64,000 bases of DNA from an uncultured Gemmatimonadales bacterium (GTDB lineage Bacteria; Gemmatimonadota; Gemmatimonadetes; Gemmatimonadales; GWC2-71-9), in contig CAWJIM010000024.1 of the NCBI GenBank assembly GCA_963842945.1, positions 256,001-320,000 of the forward strand, read 5' to 3'. Positions 22,030 through 33,169 of the stretch are shown here, piece by piece (positions within the stretch are counted from its first letter, which is position 1; each line of letters opens with the position of its first letter). The notes below the pieces were generated by a model. That model was not told where the DNA came from and did not search any database. It saw only the letters and a list, made by a program, of their open reading frames with translations. The translations under genes and the position numbers were made by a program.

Positions 22030-24550
22030 ATGCCGCCACAAAACCGCCGCGCACCGGAGGTGCATAAGTTCGGCGGCGCCTCACTGGCCGACCCACCCGC
22101 CCTTCGGCATGCCCTTCAGATCGTTGCGCGTACCCGCTCCGCTCCCCCGGTTGTGGTGGTGTCGGCGATGGCTGGTGTCACCGATGCCCTGCTCGAGGTA
22201 GCCCGGAGCGCAGGGTCGGCGGATGAGGGAGCGGTGCGGGCGCTGATCGACCGGCTGCGATCCCGCCATACCGAAGTGGCTCGGACCATGCTGCCCGCGG
22301 CGCGACTCCGCTCATCGCTGATTGCCCAGATCGACGAAGCGTTTACCGAGCTGGAGGCACTAGCCCATGGACTTCGGGTGCTTCAGGAGCTGACCCCGCG
22401 CACCAACGACAGCTTGATCTCCCGGGGAGAGCGTCTCAGTGCCAGAATCTTTGCTGCCGCCCTCGAGGCCCAAGGGATCGCCGCCCGATATGTCGATGCG
22501 CTCGAGGTGGTACATACCGATGCCAGCTTCGGCCAGGCTTCGCCCGATTTCGCCCGCACCGACCGAAGCGCGCATCGCGATACTCGGTCCGCTCCTGAAG
22601 CGGGGGACCATCCCGGTGATCCCCGGGTTCATCGGAGCCACGCCAACCGGCGAGGTGGCAACACTGGGCCGCGGCGGATCAGATCTGACCGCCACGCTGC
22701 TGGCGCGCTCCCTCGGTGCCTCTCGAGTGAACCTGTGGAAGGATGTGCCCGGACTGCTGACAGCCGATCCCCGGGTGGTCCCGGATGCGCGAGTCATCCC
22801 ACAACTTCATACCCGGGAGGCGGCGGAGCTGGCCTATTACGGAGCGAAGGTGCTTCACCCACGAGCATTGACCCCCATAGCCGGGCGACGGATCTCGGTA
22901 CACGTTCGGCCCTTTGCCGATCCTGATGCTCCCGGAACGGAGGTGTCCGAGCGAGTGTCGCCCGGTCGCGTCCCCGTCAAAGCGCTGACCGCCGCCGGAG
23001 GGCAGGCCCTGATCACCGTCACCGGCAACGGCATGCTGGGCGTGCCCGGCATTGCTGCCCGGACCTTCTCCGCCCTGCACGGCCGCAGCATCTCGGTGTC
23101 GCTGATCTCGCAGGCGTCATCGGAGCATTCGATCTGCTTCAGTGTTCCCGAACCGTTGGCGGAGGCGGCGCGCCAGGGGCTGCTGGAGGAGTTCCAGCAC
23201 GAGATCGACGGCCGGGAGATCGATGGGGTGGAGGTCAGCCCGGGCATGGCGACCATTGCGGTGGTCGGGCTGGGGATGCACGGCACGCCCGGCGTAGCGG
23301 CTGCCACGTTCGGCGCACTGGCGGCCGCCAACATCAATGTCGTGGCCATTGCGCAGGGGTCGTCCGAGCTGAACATCTCCGTGGTAGTGTCCGGCGACCA
23401 AGCAGCCGAAGCCCAGCGTCGGATCCACAGCGCTTTCCAGCTGTCGCGAATCGCCGGCGGCGCGGTGGTCCGGCCAGAGCGCATGGACCTGGTTCTGCTC
23501 GGCTTTGGACAGATCGGGCGGGCGCTGGCCTTACTGGTCGGAGCGGTGAAGCGTCCGACGCTGTCGCTTCGGATCGTTGGGATCATCGACCGCTCCGGCT
23601 TCGTGTTCGAGTCCGAAGGCATTGCCCGCACTGCCGTACGGAGCCTGATCAGGCACAAAGGCAAGGGACGGCCGCTCGCCCGAGAACCAGGAGGAACCTC
23701 AGCGAGCACCGCTGAGGCACTGGCCCATGTTTCATCTCATGCCCTCTCCCGACCGGTGCTGGTAGACCTCACGGCAAACGAGTCCGGACCGGTGCTGGAA
23801 CAGGCGCTCACGCTCGGGATGGATCTCGTACTGGCCAACAAACGTCCTCTTGCCGGTTCTCGGAGCCAGAGCGACGCTCTCTGGCAGACGGCGCGGGCTC
23901 GGGGCCGGCGGATTCTGCACGAGGCAACCGTCGGCGCGGGGCTTCCCATCATTGACACCTATCACAAGCTGGTGGAATCGGGTGACCGGGTGGATCGGAT
24001 CGAGGGTTTGCTCTCGGGAACTCTGGGCTACGTACTCAGCGAAGTGTCAGCCGGAGTTCCGTTCAGCAGAGCAGTCAAACGGGCCATGCAGCTGGGCTAC
24101 ACCGAGCCCGACCCGCGCGAAGACCTTTCGGGCATGGACGTGGCACGCAAGGCCCTGATCTTGGGACGTCTGCTCGGCTACACCGGCGAGCTCTCCACTC
24201 ACACAGTGGAGTCCCTGGTCCCAGGCTGGGGGCGCGCGCTGCCGCAGAATGAGTTTATCACTCGACTAGAGCAGCTGAATGAGAAATGGGCGCAGCGGGT
24301 GGATGAAGCGAGCGCAGCCGGTGCCGTGCTCCGGTATGTGGCGAGCGTGACAACCCGAAAGATCGCGGTGGGCGTGCGGGCGGTTCCACTGGCGAGTCCC
24401 TTTGCGGCCATCAAGGGTTCCGACAATCAGCTGGTGTTCACCACCGCCCGGTACAAGGCCAACCCACTGGTCATCACCGGGCCAGGTGCCGGTGCCGAAG
24501 TCACCGCCGCCGGGGTGCTCAACGACATTTTGCGGCTGGCCGGCGCGTGA
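22030..24550 (+). CDS. thrA: Bifunctional aspartate kinase / homoserine dehydrogenase (frameshift ~22570)
   Basis: HKFGGASLA, VVSAMAGVTD, TLGRGGSD, EAAELAYYGAKVLHP, two ACT domains, G.GQIG, ANK, EATVGAGLP, GYTEPDPR.DLSG.DVARK, GPGAG..VTA. Confidence 0.95.
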
Positions 24551-25506
24551 CCCGGATCGAGAGTGTCACGGCATTCGCCCCCGGCGGCGTCGGCAATGTC
24601 GGACCGGGACTCGATATCCTCGGGCTGGCGCTGGAGGGCGATGGCGACTCGGTTCGCGCGGAGTGGTCGAACGTACCAGGCATCTCCATCCTCGATCCGG
24701 GCCATCCCGACCTGCCGAGGGAGTCGAATCGCCATACCGCGGGGCTGGCTGCAACCGCGGTGGTGGAGCGCGCGCGAGATCCGAGATTGAAAAAGGCGGG
24801 AATCGCGCTGAGCGTCTGCAAGGGCCTCCCTCTCTCCGGTGGCCAGGGTGGCAGCGCCGCATCGGCCGTGGCGGGGGCTGTGGCCGTCAATGCTTTGCTG
24901 GGAGATCCGCTCGACCGAGAGGCGCTGGTGGAAGCATGTCTCAACGCGGAGGAATCGGTATCGGGCCGTCATGCCGACAATGTTGCTCCGTGCCTGTTCG
25001 GCGGGATCGTGCTGGTCCGCTCGCTGGACCCTCTCGACCTGGTCCAGCTCCCGGTGCCTGACGAGTTGTGGGTCGTGCTGGTGCGACCGGACCAGCAACT
25101 CCGTACAGCCGAAGCGCGATCGGTGCTGCCGCGGGACGTCTCTCGAGAGGTCGCCCTGCACCAGGCGGCGCAAGTCGGGGCCATCGTCGCTGCCCTGGCC
25201 AGCGGAGACTATGCCCTGCTGGGCAGGGCCATCGATGACCGGATCGCCGAGCCGGCTCGCACGCGGCTGCTGCCCGGGTTTGCGGAAGCAAAGCGGGCTG
25301 CGCTCGACGCCGGTGCGCTGGGAAGCTCCATCTCCGGTGCCGGCCCCACGGCCTTTGCCCTTGCCCGCGGTGCTCCAGCAGCCCAGCGAGTGAGTGAGGC
25401 GATGACTGCTGCCTATGCCGCCAAGGGGTTTCCCAGTCGGGCCCGCATTTCCCGGATCGATCGCCGGGGCGCCCGACTGATCGAGCCCGAGGTGCAGAGC
25501 CGATGA
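24547..25506 (+). CDS. thrB: Homoserine kinase
   Basis: NVGPGLDILG, KGLPLSGGQGGSAAS, HADNVAP...GG, ISGAGPT; lies between thrA and thrC. Confidence 0.93.
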   Translation: MTRIESVTAFAPGGVGNVGPGLDILGLALEGDGDSVRAEWSNVPGISILDPGHPDLPRESNRHTAGLAATAVVERARDPRLKKAGIALSVCKGLPLSGGQGGSAASAVAGAVAVNALLGDPLDREALVEACLNAEESVSGRHADNVAPCLFGGIVLVRSLDPLDLVQLPVPDELWVVLVRPDQQLRTAEARSVLPRDVSREVALHQAAQVGAIVAALASGDYALLGRAIDDRIAEPARTRLLPGFAEAKRAALDAGALGSSISGAGPTAFALARGAPAAQRVSEAMTAAYAAKGFPSRARISRIDRRGARLIEPEVQSR

Positions 25507-26799
25507 GGTTTCAGACCAATAGGCCGGCCAGCTGGCAGAGCTGCATGAGCTGCGGGAACGAGGTATCGGAAACCGATCCAGCGCCGCGCTGCAAGCTCTG
25601 CAACGGCCTGCTGGTGGTGCGTCACCGGCCACCGGAGATCAGTCCGGCACAGCTGATCCACCGCTTTACCGAGCGCCGAGGAGGACCTCCCGGAGCGACC
25701 TCCTCGGGGGTGTGGCGCTTTCGGGAAGTGGTGCTGCCGTCCGCTGAATCGGTCGTTTCCTACCCCGAGGGCAACACCCCACTGCTTCACCGAGTCGCTC
25801 TGGACCGCTGGGCTGGAGTGGACCACCTGTTGCTCAAGCACGAAGGTCACAACCCCACCGGGTCGTTCAAGGACCGGGGGATGACGGTCGGCGTGACCCA
25901 GGCGTTGCGTATCGGGGCCCGTGCCGTTGCCTGTGCCTCCACCGGAAACACTTCGGCGTCCCTCGCGGCCTATGCGGCGCAGGCGGGACTTCCGGCTCTG
26001 GTCCTGGTTCCGTCAGGCGGCGTAGCCACAGGCAAGTTGGCGCAGACGCTCGCGTATGGCGCGCGCACTCTCCTGGTTCGAGGCGACTTCGACCAGTGCC
26101 TCCGGATGGTGGAGCAAGCCAGCACCGAGCTAGGCGTCTACCTGCTCAACTCGATCAATCCATTTCGCATCGAGGGGCAGAAGACGATCATCTTCGAGCT
26201 GCTGCAACAGCTATCCTGGGATGCACCCGATTGGATCGTTTTTCCGGCTGGCAATCTGGGAAACACCGCAGCCTTCGGCAAAGCACTGGCCGAAGCTCAC
26301 GACTGGGGACTGATCGCGCGCAAGCCTCGACTGGCGGCAGTGCAGGCGGAAGGGGCTGCACCCTTTGCCCGGAGCTTTGCCGAGGGGTTCACCCGGCGGC
26401 ACCGGGTGAAAGCGGAGACTGTAGCGACGGCAATCAAGATCGGAGACCCGGCTTCATACGACCGGGCGGTGGCGGCGATCCGGGAGACCGAGGGTGTGGT
26501 GCTCTCGGTTCCCGACTCTGAGCTGCTCGAAGCCAAGGCTGTCATCGATGCTTCGGGAGTGGGCTGTGAACCAGCCAGTGCCGTGACCCTCGCAGGACTC
26601 CGCCGGCTGGTGCAGCGGGGCAGCGTCAAGCCAGCCGACCGAGTCGATGGGCATTCTCACCGGACACATCTTGAAAGACCCGGGTCTGCTGCTGCGGTAT
26701 CACCAGGAGCTGGACCCGCCGCCGCCCGGCGCCAACCGTCCCATCGAGATCGAGCCCACGCTGGAAGCTCTGGAGGCGGTGCTCCGCGCTGACTCCTGA
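25503..26799 (+). CDS. thrC: Threonine synthase (frameshift ~26648)
   Basis: EGNTPL, KHEGHNPTGSFKDRGM, CASTGNTSAS, NSINPFRIEGQKT, GNLGN, CEPASA; corrected tail LTGHILKDP...ADS*. Confidence 0.95.
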
Positions 26800-27006
26800 C
26801 CCGGTACAATTCTCCCAAAATCATGCTCGAACCAGCGTGTGCGCCGGTCCGGTTCCGATCGATTCCTGAGGTCGAATTCCCGTTTTCAGAGGGGGAAATT
26901 CGGTTTTGCCTATTGCAACTGGGCGGAGTCTGTATACTGTTTGACACGGTAGTTTTGCTGGTTCCGAGGTGCACGCCTAGTTCTCACTCAATTAGGGAGA
27001 CTCGCG

Positions 27007-27381
27007 ATGGCCACCAAGAAAAAGACTGCCGGTAGGAAAAAGTCCAGCAAGAAGTCTTCACGGCGGCCAGCAACACGGAAGAAGGCAGCCAAGAAGACCA
27101 CCAGAAAGAAATCCTCTTCCGGTAAGAAGCGCGCCCCGAATCCCGCATTCATGAGACCTTTGCAGCCCAGCGCAAAGCTCGCCGCGGTCATTGGCAACAG
27201 CCCGATGCCCCGGACGCAGGTCATCAGCAAACTCTGGGCGTACATCAAACGGAACGGGCTGCAGGATGCCAAGAATCGGCGGGCCATCAATGCCGACGAG
27301 AAGCTCCGTCCGCTGTTTAATAACCGGAGCCAGGTTACCATGTTCGATCTGGCCAAGATCGCCAACCAGAACCTCAGCTAG
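27007..27381 (+). CDS. SWIB/MDM2 domain protein with Lys-rich histone-H1-like N-terminus
   Basis: [36 protein letters not shown]...LQD..NRR.INADEKL, VTMF. Confidence 0.92.
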   Translation: MATKKKTAGRKKSSKKSSRRPATRKKAAKKTTRKKSSSGKKRAPNPAFMRPLQPSAKLAAVIGNSPMPRTQVISKLWAYIKRNGLQDAKNRRAINADEKLRPLFNNRSQVTMFDLAKIANQNLS

Positions 27382-27407
27382 CTCGGCAGTCCGCCGCAGG
27401 ATAGCCG

Positions 27408-27435
27408 AGGGCGCCCCCGCTGGGGCGCCCTTTTT
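27408..27435 (+). terminator. Intrinsic terminator
   Basis: AGGGCGCCCC-CGCT-GGGGCGCCCT followed by a T run. Confidence 0.85.
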
Positions 27436-27475
27436 ATTCGCGATTCCCTTCCCTGCATTCTATTTTCCACCCCCT

Positions 27476-29152
27476 ATGGCCGGCGAATACATCTTCACGA
27501 TGCAGGACCTCCGAAAGGTGGTCCCTCCCTCCCGCGAGATCCTCAAGGGCATCTATCTCGCGTTCTTTCCCGGGGCCAAGATCGGCGTCCTCGGATCGAA
27601 CGGCGCTGGAAAGTCGACTCTGCTTCGCATCATGGCAGGGGTGGACAAGGACTTCCTGGGAGAGGCCCGTCCCCTGCCGGGGATCAAGATCGGCTATCTG
27701 CCGCAGGAGCCGCGGCTCGATCCCGAGAAGGATGTGCGCGGAAACGTGATGGAAGGAGTGAAGGAGCAGCAGGCGCTGCTGGACCAGTTCAATGCCATCA
27801 GCGCGCAATTCGCCGAGCCGATGGACGACGCTCAGATGAACCGTCTCCTCGAGAAGCAGGGCAATCTGCAGGAGCGGATCGACAGCCTGGGTCTCTGGGA
27901 GCTGGACCACAAGATCGACCTGGCTATGGATGCCCTGCGCCTCCCCCCGGGAGACGCGGACGTCAACAAGATCTCCGGTGGTGAGAAACGGCGGGTTGCT
28001 CTGTGTCGGCTGTTGCTGGAGCAGCCGGACATGCTGCTTCTGGATGAGCCCACCAATCACCTCGACGCCGAGAGCGTGTGGTGGCTGGAGCGCTATCTCG
28101 CCGAGTTCAAAGGGACGGTCGTGGCTGTAACCCACGACCGGTATTTCCTCGACAACGTGGCCGGCTGGATCCTGGAGCTGTATCAGGGCGCCGGAATTCC
28201 CTGGGAAGGGAATTATTCCTCCTGGCTGGCGCAGAAGGAGCGACGCCTGTCGCAGGAGGAGAAGCAGGCCTCGGCCCGGCAGAAGACGCTGCAGCGGGAG
28301 CTGGAATGGATCCGGATGTCGCCCCGCGCCCGCCAGGCCAAGAGCAAGGCACGCATCACCGCATACGAAGAGCTCCGGGCCGAGAGCGAGCGGCAACAGG
28401 AGGGCAGCGCCGAGATCCTGATTCCGGTTCCGGCCCGGCTGGGCGACGAGGTGGTTGTCGCCGAAGGCCTGAGCAAAGGATTCGGAGAACGCCTGCTGAT
28501 CGATGACCTGAGCTTTTCCCTGCCTCGGGGAGGCATCGTTGGCGTGATCGGCCCCAATGGCGCGGGCAAGACCACGTTGTTCCGCATGATCACCGGCCAG
28601 GAGGAGCCCGACAGCGGCTCGTTGAAGGTTGGGTCCACCGTCCAGATCGCCTATGTGGACCAGAGCCGGGAGGCGCTCGATCCTGAGAAGACCGTATACC
28701 AGGAGATCTCCGGAGGTCAGGACCAGCTCCAGTTCGGCAAGCGTACGGTGAACGCCCGGGCCTACGCCGCCGGATTCAACTTTCGCGGAGCCGACCAGCA
28801 GAAGAAGGCCGGCACCCTGTCCGGTGGAGAGCGAAACCGCCTGCATCTGGCCAAGCTGCTCAAGAGCGGCGGAAATCTGCTCCTGCTGGACGAACCGACC
28901 AACGACCTCGACGTGGATACGCTTCGGGCTCTGGAGGAAGCGCTCCTCGGCTTTGCCGGCTGCGCCGTGGTGATCAGTCACGATCGCTGGTTTCTGGACC
29001 GGATCGCGACCCATATCCTGGCCTTCGAAGGCAACAGCGAGGTGATCTGGTTCGAGGGCAACTACCAGGACTACGCCGCCGACTACCACCGACGGAAGGG
29101 CGCCTCAGTCGACCAGCCGCATCGAATCCGCTACAAGAAGCTGGTTCATTGA
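27476..29152 (+). CDS. ettA: Energy-dependent translational throttle protein EttA (ABC-F)
   Basis: [25 protein letters not shown], two ABC domains, [17 protein letters not shown] linker, PHRIRYKKL end. Confidence 0.96.
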   Translation: MAGEYIFTMQDLRKVVPPSREILKGIYLAFFPGAKIGVLGSNGAGKSTLLRIMAGVDKDFLGEARPLPGIKIGYLPQEPRLDPEKDVRGNVMEGVKEQQALLDQFNAISAQFAEPMDDAQMNRLLEKQGNLQERIDSLGLWELDHKIDLAMDALRLPPGDADVNKISGGEKRRVALCRLLLEQPDMLLLDEPTNHLDAESVWWLERYLAEFKGTVVAVTHDRYFLDNVAGWILELYQGAGIPWEGNYSSWLAQKERRLSQEEKQASARQKTLQRELEWIRMSPRARQAKSKARITAYEELRAESERQQEGSAEILIPVPARLGDEVVVAEGLSKGFGERLLIDDLSFSLPRGGIVGVIGPNGAGKTTLFRMITGQEEPDSGSLKVGSTVQIAYVDQSREALDPEKTVYQEISGGQDQLQFGKRTVNARAYAAGFNFRGADQQKKAGTLSGGERNRLHLAKLLKSGGNLLLLDEPTNDLDVDTLRALEEALLGFAGCAVVISHDRWFLDRIATHILAFEGNSEVIWFEGNYQDYAADYHRRKGASVDQPHRIRYKKLVH

Positions 29153-29227
29153 AGACGGGCGACGCGGCAGAATAGAGCAACAGAGGTCGGTGGGGTAGCG
29201 CAGAAATGCCGAGAGGAGAGCTCACCG

Positions 29228-30010
29228 ATGTGTCTGGCCTACAGACTCGCAATACCCCTAGCCTTCGAAAAAGCCGGTACGCCGTCCCGCACCGCCCCGA
29301 TCGTGTACGCGGCGGGTGTCCTGACGATCATGTGCCTGGGCTGCGCGCCGGCCGGGCAACAGACCTCCAGCGAGAAGAGCGCACCCAACATGCTCAGCAC
29401 CACAGAGCGCGATGCCGGCTGGCAGCTGCTGTTTGATGGCAAGACGACAACCGGATGGCGAGGCTACCGGAAGGACTCGATGCCGCGCGGCTGGCAGGTC
29501 CTCGACGGTGCCCTCACCAGAGTGGATTCGGCGGGCGACATCGTGACTGACGGCCAGTACGCCAACTTCGAGCTGACCTTGGAGTGGCAGGTGGCTCGAG
29601 GGGGAAACAGCGGGATTTTCTACCGCGTCAGCGAGGACGGCGACTATCCCTGGCGCAGTGGGCCGGAGATGCAGGTTCTCGACGACGCAGGCCACCCGGA
29701 TGGGCGATCGCGGTTGACCTCAGCCGGGGCGTTGTATGGGCTGTATCCTGCTCCCGCCGGCGTGGTCCGACCCGCGGGGGAATGGAACGCGGTGCGCATC
29801 GTGCTCAATGGCCACCACGTGGAACACTGGCTCAACGGGGTCAAGGTGGTGGAGGCAGAGCTGGGAAGTCCCGACTGGGAAGCCCGAGTGAAGCAGAGCA
29901 AGTTCCTGGAGATGCCTCGCTACGGCAGAAACGCCTCGGGCCACATCGGCCTGCAGGATCACGGCGACCGAGTCGCGTATCGCAACATCAAGATCCGCCC
30001 TCTGCCATGA
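29228..30010 (+). CDS. DUF1080 (3-keto-disaccharide hydrolase family) lipoprotein; start uncertain
   Basis: GWQLLFDGK...GW, NSGIFY, E.QVLD, GEWN, HWLNG, GHIGLQDHG..V.YRNIKIR. Confidence 0.92.
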   Translation: MCLAYRLAIPLAFEKAGTPSRTAPIVYAAGVLTIMCLGCAPAGQQTSSEKSAPNMLSTTERDAGWQLLFDGKTTTGWRGYRKDSMPRGWQVLDGALTRVDSAGDIVTDGQYANFELTLEWQVARGGNSGIFYRVSEDGDYPWRSGPEMQVLDDAGHPDGRSRLTSAGALYGLYPAPAGVVRPAGEWNAVRIVLNGHHVEHWLNGVKVVEAELGSPDWEARVKQSKFLEMPRYGRNASGHIGLQDHGDRVAYRNIKIRPLP

Positions 30011-31243
30011 GGTCGCTCCGGCTCCGCCTCTCCGCCATGATGTTCCTCCAGTACTTCATCTGGGGCCGTGGTATGTGACGCTGGGCACGTACCTCGGCCC
30101 AAACGCTTCAGTTCGACGGCACCCAGGTCGGCCTGGCGTACGGCAGCACCGCGATCGCCGCGATGATCTCGCCATTCTTCATGGGAATGATCGCCGATCG
30201 GTTCTTCTCGACCGAGCGGCTCCTTGCCGGGCTCCATCTCGCCGGAGCGATCGTGCTGTACTGGGCGTCAACGCTGGAGAGCTTTCGGGCGTTTCTATCC
30301 GGTGCTGATCGTCTACGCCTTGCTGCTACATGCCGACGCTCGCGCTCACGAATTCCATCTCCTTTCATCACCTGACCGACCCGCCGCGAGAGTTCCCCAC
30401 GGTGCGGGTGCTGGGGACGATCGGCTGGATCGTGGCCGGACTGATCGTGGGGCAGCTCGGCGTAGAGACGACCGCGATCCCGATGCGGATCGCCGCCGCT
30501 GCATCGATCCTGCTCGGCCTCTATTCGTTTGTGCTGCCGCACACACCGCCCAGTACCACGGCCGGCGCCGTTCAGCGTGCGAGACGTCCTGGGGCTCGAT
30601 GCCCTTGCGCTGTTCAAGGACCGCTCGTTCGCGGTGTTCATGCTCGGCTCGTTCCTGCTCTGCATCCCGCTGCAGTTCTACTACGCCTTCACCAATCTCT
30701 TTCTGAACGAGATCGGGCTGCCGGAGCCGGCGAGCAAGATGACGCTGGGGCAGATGTCAGAGATCGGCTTCATGCTGCTGCATGCCCTGGCTCCTGCTCC
30801 GGCTGGGCGTCAAGCGAGTGCTGCTCGTGGGCATGGCTGCGTGGACGCTGCGGTATCTCCTGTTCGCCCACGGCAACGCGGGCGGCTGGGCCTGGATGCT
30901 CTACCTCGGCATTCTGCTCCACGGGGTGTGCTACGATTTCTTCTTCGTCACCGGGCAGATTTACGTGAACCAGCGGGCCCACCAGCGGATTCGCGCTGCC
31001 GCCCAGGGGTTGCTCGCATTCGTCACCCTGGGCTTGGGACTCTTCATCGGGGCATGGATTTCGGGCCGGGTGGTGGATGCGAACAGCGTACGAGACGCGG
31101 CGGGACTGGTGACGCACGACTGGCACACCATCTGGCTCATTCCCGCGGGGCTTGCCGCCGGAATCCTGCTTCTGTTTGCGGTGCTCTTCCGTCCTTCGGT
31201 GGCGGTCCGATCACCCGGCTTGGCCGGCGCATCCCTCTCCTAA
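30007..31243 (+). CDS. Nucleoside:H+ symporter family MFS permease (several frameshifts)
   Basis: [65 protein letters not shown]. Confidence 0.88.
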
Positions 31244-31247
31244 ACGC

Positions 31248-32487
31248 TCAGGGTTTCCAGCTGCCCGTGGCCACCGCAGGGACGAAGCTGCCCAGCTCGT
31301 CGGGCGGGAAACGCAGCGTACGCCCCTGTTCCGCGCTCATGTAGGCGGCCATGAGGATGCGCACCACCTCGAGTCCGTCGTCGAAGGTGAGCATCGGCGT
31401 CTGACCCAGCAGGAAGGCTCGAGCGAAGTGCCGGTTCTCCGCCTCGTAGCCATAAGCCGCGGCCTCGTTCGCCACCACCGGCATGAGCCCGACCTCGGCG
31501 TTCTGCTTCTCCACCAGATCCTCGCCGACTGCGTCCCCCGACCTCCCGACTGAAGAAGAGCTTGAGCCCGCTGTCGAGAGTGTTCCAGGACATCGAGTAC
31601 TCGGGACCAAGAAGCTCCGCCGAGAGCCGGAGCCCTGGGCCGACGAAACTCCATGAGGTGGTCGCCTCGCCCAGCACCGTCCGGCCGTCACTCTCGAACT
31701 CGAGCGTGACACTGGCGAAGTCTTCGGCCGGGCGCGTGGTGTAATCGACCTCCGGTCCCATCGCTTCGGACAGGCTGCTGGCATACTCGGGGCGGGTCCA
31801 CTTGAGCGACGCGATGCGCGCGGTGACCCGGGCGAGACGCAGGGACGCGCGGGGCGCGTCGGGCTCGGTCAGGAGATAGCGCACGACTTCGACCGAGTGG
31901 CACATCATGTCGTTGAGCACTCCGCCGCCCTGCAGCCGCCCCTGCCAGAACCAGGGCGCATGGGGTCCGCTGTGCTCCTCGGCGGCCCGGGCGAGATAGG
32001 GCCGTCCCGCGACCGCGGCGCCGCGGGCCCAGATGAGGTCATGCCCCCGCACGACCTGGGGCGCGAAGAGTTGGTTCTCCAGATATCCGTGCTGCAGGCC
32101 GGCCTGCTGCACCAGCGCGGCAATCCGCGTCGCTTCCGCGACATTCCGAGCGAGAGGCTTCTCACAGGCCAGGCCGGTGAGCTTCCCCCGGCCGCTGGTT
32201 ATCGCGTGCACGATCTCTTCCACGTTCTCCAGCCGGGCATGATTCGGGCCACAGAGCCAGAGTGCTTCGATGGCGGGATCGGCCACCATCTCCGTGATCG
32301 AGCGGTAGGGCTTGGCGGGACCGACGTCGAGGTCGCGAGCGAGGGCCGCCGCCGCGCGAGCCCGCTCTTGATTGGGACTCCACACGCCGAACACGTCGGC
32401 GTCGCGCACAGCCACGAAAGCCTGGAGATGGAACCTGGCGTTGAAGCCGCTGCCGATGATTCCGATTCCCAACCGCTTGCCCCCCAT
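31248..32487 (-). CDS. Gfo/Idh/MocA family NAD(P)-dependent oxidoreductase (frameshift ~31535)
   Basis: [27 protein letters not shown]. Confidence 0.9.
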
Positions 32488-32521
32488 AGCCACCCTCCAG
32501 GACATCGTGATCCTGCCCGGC

Positions 32522-33169
32522 TCAGTCTCGATATTGCACGCCGATCTTCCGGAGGGCAGCCTCAGGACAGCCCGACCACTCCGGAACAAAGGTGTTCCCC
32601 AGGTACTGCAGGTCCTTCACGCCCATCTCGCTCGACCAGAATCCGGACGCGGTGAGATCGCGGAAGGAGTTGAAGAATGCCACTCCGGGCTTCATCTCCG
32701 GCCGAGCGCGAGCAGGCCATGCAATGTCGTCCAGGAGCCTGGTCCGATCCCGGTCGGCACATGCCACGAAGCGCTTGCCGAAGCGGCGGCCGCACTCCCA
32801 GTCGATCCATGCCAGCCCGCCTCGCATGGCCGTTCTAGCCTCCGGGGCGGTATCCTGGTCCGCCATCATGAAGTCCATGAACTCAGGCACCCCCGCGTCG
32901 GTGGCGCTGCCCGATCGCCCGTCCCGGGGGATCACGAGATCGGCGAGGACGCGGACGGTCTCGTATTCCTCAGCGGTGAAGAACTTGAGGTCCAGGGTCG
33001 AGTGCCCGGCGCCGACCCACAGGCGGAGGACTCTCTCCCTCTGGGCTGGGGATGGTCGCCATGACAGCGCGACTCCGAGGGGGAGCGCTGCCAGCAGCTT
33101 GAGGGCGTCCCGGCGCTTAAGGCCCTCGCCGCCCTCGATTCTAGGCTCTGGACTCTTGGCGTTCTTCAC
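32522..33169 (-). CDS. Gluconate 2-dehydrogenase subunit 3 family (Tat-exported GMC partner)
   Basis: LKRRDALK, L.DLVIP.D..SGSA.DAGVPEF.D, FF...RDLT..GFWSS..G..DL.Y.GN. Confidence 0.88.
   Translation of the reverse strand: MKNAKSPEPRIEGGEGLKRRDALKLLAALPLGVALSWRPSPAQRERVLRLWVGAGHSTLDLKFFTAEEYETVRVLADLVIPRDGRSGSATDAGVPEFMDFMMADQDTAPEARTAMRGGLAWIDWECGRRFGKRFVACADRDRTRLLDDIAWPARARPEMKPGVAFFNSFRDLTASGFWSSEMGVKDLQYLGNTFVPEWSGCPEAALRKIGVQYRD

Noticed and set aside
27191..27475. N-terminal extension of EttA in the ORF track
   Set aside because: Overlaps the SWIB gene and its terminator; EttA homology starts at MAGEYIFTM (27476)
27434..29089. Long antisense ORFs (e.g. 551 aa opposite ettA, 503 aa opposite GMC, 460 aa opposite glgA)
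   Set aside because: Shadow frames expected from high-GC codon bias; no recognisable motifs
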